A stretch of 64,000 nt of DNA from Vicinamibacteria bacterium (lineage in GTDB: Bacteria; Acidobacteriota; Vicinamibacteria; Marinacidobacterales; Marinacidobacteraceae): positions 1,440,001 to 1,504,000 of the forward strand of contig CAXXLQ010000004.1 in NCBI GenBank assembly GCA_963668695.2, read 5' to 3'. Below, in pieces: positions 57,872 through 64,000 of the stretch. The translations under genes and the position numbers were made by a program. Numbering within the stretch: the stretch's first letter is position 1; each line of letters starts with the position of its first letter. The notes under the pieces were generated by a model that worked only from the letters and a program-made list of their open reading frames with translations, had not been told where the DNA came from and searched no databases.

Positions 57872-58363
57872 ATGCAAATCGTCAAACTCCCCATCGCGCG
57901 GATGACCGCCGAGTCCTTCGCCCCCTACGGCGAGGTCATGGAAGCGCGGGAACGACCCGCGGACGAGCGGCGGTTCTTCCCGATCGACTTCCAGATCGAC
58001 GGTCGGACGACCGTGGATGTCATCTGGCAGCCGTTTGAGGGACGGCGCTTCCGGCTCCTCGAGCGCCACTTCGCGGTGACGCAGGCGTTCATCCCGCTCG
58101 AAGGTTCTCCCGCGGTCGTCGCAGTGGCGGCGCCGACCGATCTCGAGGATCCCGACGCGATTCCACGACCCGAGGTCGTGCGCGCCTTCCTGATCGATCC
58201 GGGCAAGGGCTTCGCCTACAAGACCGGGACGTGGCATTCGCTCGACCGCTACCTGCTGAGGCCGCCGGGCGCGAGCTTCGTGATCCTGAACGTGGACCCG
58301 AACCCGACCCAGTTCGTGGACTACGCGGAACGGTTCGGGGTGGAGTTCGAGGTGGGCGGGTAG
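57872..58363 (+). CDS. allA: Ureidoglycolate lyase-like cupin
   Basis: TAESFAPYGEV, LERH, TQAFIPL, GTWH; GGAG ribosome-binding site. Confidence 0.75.
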   Translation: MQIVKLPIARMTAESFAPYGEVMEARERPADERRFFPIDFQIDGRTTVDVIWQPFEGRRFRLLERHFAVTQAFIPLEGSPAVVAVAAPTDLEDPDAIPRPEVVRAFLIDPGKGFAYKTGTWHSLDRYLLRPPGASFVILNVDPNPTQFVDYAERFGVEFEVGG

Positions 58364-58652
58364 GAGGGGCCCGTGGCCATGCGCCCTTGAGGACGGTGGG
58401 CCATTCGCGGGTTTCGCGCCCTGCGGGGGAGCGATGCCGGTGTGAACGCCCCGATCAGGACACCTGGCCAGCGTTCTCGCTGCCGCGCGCTTCACGCGGG
58501 TCGGCCGTACGCAGTTCCGCCCGCCTACGGCGGGCTGTGCCGACCGGAGGTCTAGACCCTTCGGACTTCGTTTTCTGGGCCCTCCGGTGTGAGAGGCACC
58601 GAAGGGCCCGGCGTTCCCTGACCTGCGGCGCCATCCGGGTGAGGGGCGCTCC

Positions 58653-59240
58653 TCAACGCAGAATCCGGCGTTCGGCGGCGAGGGCTTCGAGCTCCTGATT
58701 GAGTTCTTCCTGTTCGGCGCGGAGCCGGGGCGTGTCGAGCGCGCTCTGGAAGCGAGTCGGGTTGCGAGGGGCGTAGGGGAGGCCGCTGGCTCCGACGGCG
58801 GCGAGGGACGCCTCGATATCCAACAGGCGTTCCCTGATTTCGTTTTCCCGCTCGGCGATTTCGCGCCGCCGGGCCTCCAGGTTGGCGCGAACCTCTTCGT
58901 CACCCGCGCTTGCGGTGTCCTCGCCGGGGTCCCGCAGCGGAAGGTCCTCGCCGGTGATCGGGGGGTCGCGGAGCGCCTCCGTCTCGAGGGGAGCGGTCGC
59001 GCGGTCCGGCCCCGCCAAGCGCACGCCGGCGAGGTCGGCGTCGGTAAAGCGGGGCGCGGCGCCGCGCTGCTCCCGGCTCGCCTCGATCCGGGCGCGGTGC
59101 CGCCGCGCGGCTTCCGCCAGTGACGGTGGATCCTCCTGCACCGGCGTTAGCGGAAATCCGGGGCTCGCGGTGAGCAGCCCGACAACGATCGCCGCTGCCG
59201 GAACGGCGGCTCGGTGTTCAGGCCTTGATCGGATTACCAA
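58653..59240 (-). CDS. Hypothetical exported coiled-coil protein (start approximate)
   Basis: Hydrophobic N-terminus, SLAEAARR...FTDADL motif, coiled-coil C-terminal half. Confidence 0.55.
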   Translation of the reverse strand: MVIRSRPEHRAAVPAAAIVVGLLTASPGFPLTPVQEDPPSLAEAARRHRARIEASREQRGAAPRFTDADLAGVRLAGPDRATAPLETEALRDPPITGEDLPLRDPGEDTASAGDEEVRANLEARRREIAERENEIRERLLDIEASLAAVGASGLPYAPRNPTRFQSALDTPRLRAEQEELNQELEALAAERRILR

Positions 59241-60441
59241 AGCGGTCGCGGAGGACGTACGCCGGCAGGCGGTACTCCTCGTGGAACATCTGGGTGCGGA
59301 CAGAACCCGTGACATGGGACGCGATGTCTCTCCCGGTGAGCAAATAAACGACGGTGGGGCAAAGGTCGCGCCGCATCACCTGCTCGGGAAACACCGCACC
59401 CTTCCGGAAGTCGGGGCCGACCCCGAGCGTCCAGACGTTGTGTGCGTAGTAGTTCCCTTGCGAATGATGGAGCTGTCCGTACACGTTGACCTCATCGTCG
59501 CGTCCGCATTCGGGTCGAAGCAGGATCGCGGTGGTGTCGCGCAGGTACGGGTCGTTCTGAATGAAATCGTGCAGGTTGCCGATGAGCTCGTCGGTGGCCG
59601 CGATGTGCCGCCGGTACTGCTCGTAGTCGGTGTCGTAGTCCCAAAAGCCCGCGTCGCCGTGGGCATCGTCGAGAGCGAGCATCTGGATGGTGATCAGCTT
59701 CGGGCGGAAATCCCGAAGCAGATGCTTGGCGATCTCGAAGCACTGTCCGTCGCCGAGCGGCACTTCCCGGTCCACGAGCGAGGTCTTCGTCGACGCCGGA
59801 ACGTCGGTTCGCCGGGATGCCGCGTCGGCGAGCCAGTCCTCGAGATCCTTCCGGGTTTGGCGGGTGTGACCAAGCCCCGGTTCGATGTTGGCCTTCACCA
59901 ATTGCGCTGCCGACGCTTCCTGGTCGTCGTGGAACAGCTTGTTCATGGTCAGCGAATTCGCGCCGAACGGGAGCCCCCCGTCCGGGTGCGCGCTCCAGTG
60001 CTTCCGGTCGAAAACCCACGACCGGTAGTAGCTGACTCCCTGCAGCATCCAGTAGTCGTTCACCGAGCCGCCGAGTTCCTTCCGGACGGTCTCGGTCCAG
60101 GTCGGATAGAGCGGATGCTCCGAAACGGTTTCCCGGCCGGTCAGCATCTCGGTGTACATGTAGCCGTGGAGGTTCGCGGTCTCGCCAAAGTCTTCGGTGA
60201 AGACGCTCCCGGCTTCCATCATCCGCGCCATGTGCGGTGCATGCGCGGGGTCCTCGACGGTGTCCTTCTTCCGGCAACCGTTGCCGTAGAGGATGACAAC
60301 CAGGTGCTTCGTTTTCAGGCTCTGGTCGGGAACGACGGGGGCGCGCTCAGGGGTGGCGGCCAGCAGCCGGTCTGCCGCGCCGCTCAAACCGAGGGCCGCG
60401 GCGCCCGCGGCGCCCAGAAAGTGACGGCGATTCATGCTCAT
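59218..60441 (-). CDS. Tat-exported alkaline-phosphatase-superfamily / DUF1501-like protein
   Basis: MNRRHFLG twin-arginine signal; HLVVILYGNG, LDDAH, ATDELIG, LLRPECGRD, RDLCPTV. Confidence 0.7.
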   Translation of the reverse strand: MSMNRRHFLGAAGAAALGLSGAADRLLAATPERAPVVPDQSLKTKHLVVILYGNGCRKKDTVEDPAHAPHMARMMEAGSVFTEDFGETANLHGYMYTEMLTGRETVSEHPLYPTWTETVRKELGGSVNDYWMLQGVSYYRSWVFDRKHWSAHPDGGLPFGANSLTMNKLFHDDQEASAAQLVKANIEPGLGHTRQTRKDLEDWLADAASRRTDVPASTKTSLVDREVPLGDGQCFEIAKHLLRDFRPKLITIQMLALDDAHGDAGFWDYDTDYEQYRRHIAATDELIGNLHDFIQNDPYLRDTTAILLRPECGRDDEVNVYGQLHHSQGNYYAHNVWTLGVGPDFRKGAVFPEQVMRRDLCPTVVYLLTGRDIASHVTGSVRTQMFHEEYRLPAYVLRDRFGNPIKA

Positions 60442-61988
60442 TGTCGAGGCTTCTCCTTTGCCGTCGTTGCCTTTTTCTTCTCGGGGAGGAACAAGACCTC
60501 CAGGCCGCGGATCTCCTCGTCGCGCACCGGGTTGAGGTTCAGGTAGTTCTGTGCCCGGTCGGAAATGTTCACCCGGGACACCGTATAGGCGCCGCGCTCC
60601 TGCCACTCCTTGATCTTCAGGGTTCCGCGAAAGACGTTCGGTTGCGGCACCAGCGAGGGCCGGTTCAGCGGCGGGTTCTTGCTTTCGAGTTCGACCCGGA
60701 CCAGATCCGCCCCGCTCGGGCTCCGGAAGGACACGTAGACCTTGTCCACCCCACTGAGGTTGTCTTCCACGAGCGCCGCGACGGGAATGGACTCGCTGGC
60801 GAGAGCCTCCCGTTGGGGAAGTTCGACGGCGAGCAACACCGGTGCTTCGTCGTCCCGCTTTTCCGGGTTCTCCGTTACGAGAACGTTCACATCCCGAAGC
60901 ACCGGAGCGGTCGCGGCGAAGATCAGTGCGCCGTTTCGCGCCGCGTCGTAAAGCTCGACCTTCTGGATCCGCCACCTCCCGCCTTCGTACCACTCGGGAA
61001 TCGAGAAGGCACCGAGGAAACGCCCCGGGCGCCGGGAATCGCCGATGAGATCCGCCCGTACCGCCCGCCTCCCGGACGGGCTGACGAACACCGCCCGCGC
61101 CTGCGCCGGCCCCGCGAGATTGTCCTCCGCAAAGGCCTCGACCCGGATGGCCTGCCCGACGTCAACCTCCGGGGTCAGGATCTCGACGGAGCGGAGGGTG
61201 GGTGGCGTCACGTCCGCCTCCGGGTTCTTTGAGACCACGAAGTAGGCGGGACTGCCGTCCGCGGCCCGCATGACCGGGTTGAACTCGGTGGAATACGCCT
61301 TCTTGTGCCCGTGCTCGTCGGTGATCATGGTGGAGCCGACGTTGTAGCGGCCCCCGGGGTGGTGGCGGTCCACCTTGCCGCGCCCGAGGTAGAGGTTCTT
61401 GTCCTTCTCGTGCGGCTTGAAGTTCACGTAGATGACCGAGGCCCGGCCGTATTGCTGACTCCAGAACTCGGCTACGAAACGCCGTCCCTTCTCGAAGGCC
61501 GGCTCCACCTTGGCGATCGCCCGCACCGTATCTCCGGGGTCCACCTCCAGATCAATGACCCGGAACTCCGTCAGGGCGGTCGAGCGATGGTCCCCGCTGA
61601 GGTTCCGCTGGGACGGCTGGGCGCCGCGCCGGCGGTACTGGAAGACCTCCGGGATGTAATCCTCATCGGAGACTCCGAGTTGGCCGGTAACGTCGGCGCT
61701 CGCCGGTTCGGTTCCCAGGGTTACATCCTCGACGATCTCGAAGGGGTAGGCAGCCGGATCGGGGTGTTTCTCGTGGCCCTTCTCTTCTTCGGGGGTGTTC
61801 TTGCCGGGGGTCTTCTGGCCGGAAACAGCCTGTTGTTCGGCAGACGGCGACCCGGTTCCTGGAGCCATCGCCTGAGCGAACGCGGGAGACAGACCGAGCG
61901 CCGCAGCGAACAGGACGGGGAACAGGACGGGGAACAGAATGGGCCAAGCCGCCCTGCCGACGACCCGGGGGGCTGTTAACCGCAGCAT
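60438..61988 (-). CDS. Secreted protein with three Ig-like repeats
   Basis: Signal peptide ending AFA-QA; repeated D..P.L..V...EDNL.G....F.SPSG...F.G...G.(W/Y)...D.A.N units. Confidence 0.7.
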   Translation of the reverse strand: MLRLTAPRVVGRAAWPILFPVLFPVLFAAALGLSPAFAQAMAPGTGSPSAEQQAVSGQKTPGKNTPEEEKGHEKHPDPAAYPFEIVEDVTLGTEPASADVTGQLGVSDEDYIPEVFQYRRRGAQPSQRNLSGDHRSTALTEFRVIDLEVDPGDTVRAIAKVEPAFEKGRRFVAEFWSQQYGRASVIYVNFKPHEKDKNLYLGRGKVDRHHPGGRYNVGSTMITDEHGHKKAYSTEFNPVMRAADGSPAYFVVSKNPEADVTPPTLRSVEILTPEVDVGQAIRVEAFAEDNLAGPAQARAVFVSPSGRRAVRADLIGDSRRPGRFLGAFSIPEWYEGGRWRIQKVELYDAARNGALIFAATAPVLRDVNVLVTENPEKRDDEAPVLLAVELPQREALASESIPVAALVEDNLSGVDKVYVSFRSPSGADLVRVELESKNPPLNRPSLVPQPNVFRGTLKIKEWQERGAYTVSRVNISDRAQNYLNLNPVRDEEIRGLEVLFLPEKKKATTAKEKPRQ

Positions 61989-62172
61989 CGAAACACCCGC
62001 ACCTGAAGAACCCGAACCTGAAGAACCCGAATGGGGCCGCGCCAGTCAGACTCCTTGGGAGAGACGATCATCGCGGACACCCGAGAACGCGACGGGCCAA
62101 TATATCATCCGCCCCCCGACGCGCCGTCCGGCCCAGGAAGGGCGATCTCCCCGGCGCTTGCCTGAAGAAAAC

Positions 62173-63480
62173 ATGCCTCTTTTTGCCCGGCGTTTCGGCC
62201 ACATGGGTACCGAAAACGCGTTCAAGATCGGGGAAGACGTGGCCCGCGCCCGCGCCCGCGGCGTGGATGTCATTCCCTTCACCATCGGCGAACCCGACTT
62301 CGACAGCGCCCCGCACATCAACGAAGCCGGGATCGCCGCCATCCGCGCCGGGGACACCCACTACACGGACCCCGCCGGGATCGCTCCGCTCCGGGAAGCC
62401 CTGGCCAGCTACGTGTCCCGGACGCGCGGCATCGAGGTGACCGCGGATCGGATCATCGTCCTCCCGGGGGCGAAGCCGGCCATCGGCTACACGATGATGG
62501 CCTACGTGGACCCCGGCGACGAGGTCATCTATCCGAGCCCGGGGTTCCCGATTTACGAATCGTGGGTGACCTATCTCGGGGGCGTGCCGAAACCGCTCGT
62601 TCTCCGCGAAGAGCGCGGCTTCTCCTTCACGGTGGAGGATCTCGACCGGTTGCTCACGGAAAAGACGAAGGTCCTGATGCTGTGCTCCCCCTCGAATCCC
62701 ACGGGCGGGGTACTTCCGAAGAGCCTGCTCGAGGAGGTTGCCGCATTGGTGCGCGAGCGCGGCCGTCCGGACATCCGCATCTATTCGGATGAGATCTACG
62801 AGCACATCACCTTCGATGGCTTCGAACATACATCGATGGCTTCCCTTCCGGGAATGGAGGGGAACACGATCATCGCGAGCGGACACTCGAAGGGCTACGC
62901 GATGACCGGCTGGCGGCTCGGGTGGTGCGTGCTGCCCACCGTGGAGGAGGCCATCCGGTTCAAGCAGATCAACATCAACACGGTGAGCTGCGTTCCGCCC
63001 TTCATTCAGCAGGCGGCCCGCGAGGCGCTCGAGAACCCCAAGACCCTTGAGGTGGTGGGTTCGATGGTGGCGGAGTTCAAGCGGCGCCGCGACTACGTGG
63101 TGCCGGCGCTCAACGCCGTCCACGGGATCCGCTGCGCGAATCCGCTTGGCGCCTTCTACGTGTTTCCGAACATCTCGGGCGTCTGTGAATCCCTGGGCGC
63201 CACGGCGCACTTCGATTCGCTGCCGGATTCCCGGAAGGCGGGGACCAGTCCCGCAACCCTGGTGTCCCGTTTCCTCCTCTACTACCACGGGGTCGCCCTG
63301 GTGGACCGCCGCAGCTTTGGCGTCATCGGCAGCGAGGGACAGGACTTCCTCCGCCTCTCCTACGCGGCGGACATGGATTCGCTCCGGGAGGGAATCCGCC
63401 GGATCGCTGCCGGCGCGGCCGACCACGACGGGTTCCCCCGCTTCCTCGACGATCACATTGCCCTGGGAATCGCCGCATGA
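62173..63480 (+). CDS. Class I/II PLP aminotransferase (aspartate aminotransferase-like)
   Basis: IGEPDF, SPSNPTG, SDEIY, SKGYAMTGWRLG, GAFYVFP, LRLSYA. Confidence 0.92.
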   Translation: MPLFARRFGHMGTENAFKIGEDVARARARGVDVIPFTIGEPDFDSAPHINEAGIAAIRAGDTHYTDPAGIAPLREALASYVSRTRGIEVTADRIIVLPGAKPAIGYTMMAYVDPGDEVIYPSPGFPIYESWVTYLGGVPKPLVLREERGFSFTVEDLDRLLTEKTKVLMLCSPSNPTGGVLPKSLLEEVAALVRERGRPDIRIYSDEIYEHITFDGFEHTSMASLPGMEGNTIIASGHSKGYAMTGWRLGWCVLPTVEEAIRFKQININTVSCVPPFIQQAAREALENPKTLEVVGSMVAEFKRRRDYVVPALNAVHGIRCANPLGAFYVFPNISGVCESLGATAHFDSLPDSRKAGTSPATLVSRFLLYYHGVALVDRRSFGVIGSEGQDFLRLSYAADMDSLREGIRRIAAGAADHDGFPRFLDDHIALGIAA

Positions 63481-64000
63481 GCCGCATCTTCGTTACCCGC
63501 CCCATTCCGGAAGCCGGTCTCGCCGTCCTGCGCGCCGCGGCTGAGGTCGAGGTGGCGCCTACTGCCGACGGTGATTCGACCCCGCGGGACCAGGTGCTGG
63601 CCGGCGCCCGCAGCGCCGATGTTCATGTCTCCTTGTTGACCGAAGCGGTGGACCGGGAACTCATGGAATCGGCCCCGCAGTTGCTGGGGGTCGCCAACTA
63701 CGCCGTCGGTTTCAACAACGTGGACGTGCCGGCGGCTACCGAACTCGGGCTACCCATCACCAACACCCCGGGCGTCCTCACCGACACCACGGCCGACCTC
63801 GCCTGGGCGCTCCTTATGGCGGTGGCCCGACAGATCGTTCCCGCCGACGCCTACATGCGACAGGGTCGCTACCGGATCTGGGGGCCGTCGCTCATGCTGG
63901 GCGCCGACGTGAGCCCCGGGGGCGATGAGCGCCGGAAAGTTCTGGGGGTCGTCGGCTTCGGGCGGATCGGCCAGACGATGCACAAGCGGGCGCAGGGTTT
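63477..64000 (+). CDS. D-glycerate dehydrogenase/glyoxylate reductase (partial, runs off the window; absent from the ORF track)
   Basis: MSRIFVTRPIP...ANYAVGFNNVD...TNTPGVLTDTTADL...GVVGFGRIG; ATGA overlap with the aminotransferase. Confidence 0.9.
   Translation, partial: MSRIFVTRPIPEAGLAVLRAAAEVEVAPTADGDSTPRDQVLAGARSADVHVSLLTEAVDRELMESAPQLLGVANYAVGFNNVDVPAATELGLPITNTPGVLTDTTADLAWALLMAVARQIVPADAYMRQGRYRIWGPSLMLGADVSPGGDERRKVLGVVGFGRIGQTMHKRAQG

Noticed and set aside
1-64000. Autonomous transposase, integrase, prophage, tRNA or rRNA
   Set aside because: No recognisable motifs found by eye; any enzyme mobilising the repeats must be encoded elsewhere or lost

Overview
GC-rich bacterial chromosome window, probably from a diderm in the Acidobacteriota (inferred from the LptD style, cdaA/cdaR, the futalosine mqn genes, a VPS10-like propeller and an ADOP-type permease remnant). 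Most genes are housekeeping or metabolic: nfuA, lptD, glyA, dinG, yggS, lepB, cdaR-cdaA-ftsH-tilS, mqnC/A/E-ubiX-mqnP, a liv-type ABC transporter, yebC-ruvC-ruvA-(MutS-V)-ruvB-queA, a liu/atu-like carboxylase cluster, two toxin-antitoxin modules and a Tat/secreted hypothetical operon. The most unusual content is non-coding: a nested, modular family of intergenic repeats. About 12 copies of a TIR-bounded MITE-like backbone carry a 17-nt module (CCCACCGGGAGAACTGG) that is absent, single or doubled at four fixed slots. A separate 90-bp structured unit forms tandem arrays inside two different host repeats. No transposase, CRISPR array, rRNA or tRNA was seen. Notable proteins are a 438-aa histone H1-like protein, an orphan SbnI-like serine kinase, a lipoprotein-type D-cysteine desulfhydrase homologue and a DUF92+UbiA pair. 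All calls were made by eye; several start codons were re-chosen relative to the ORF track and are approximate.
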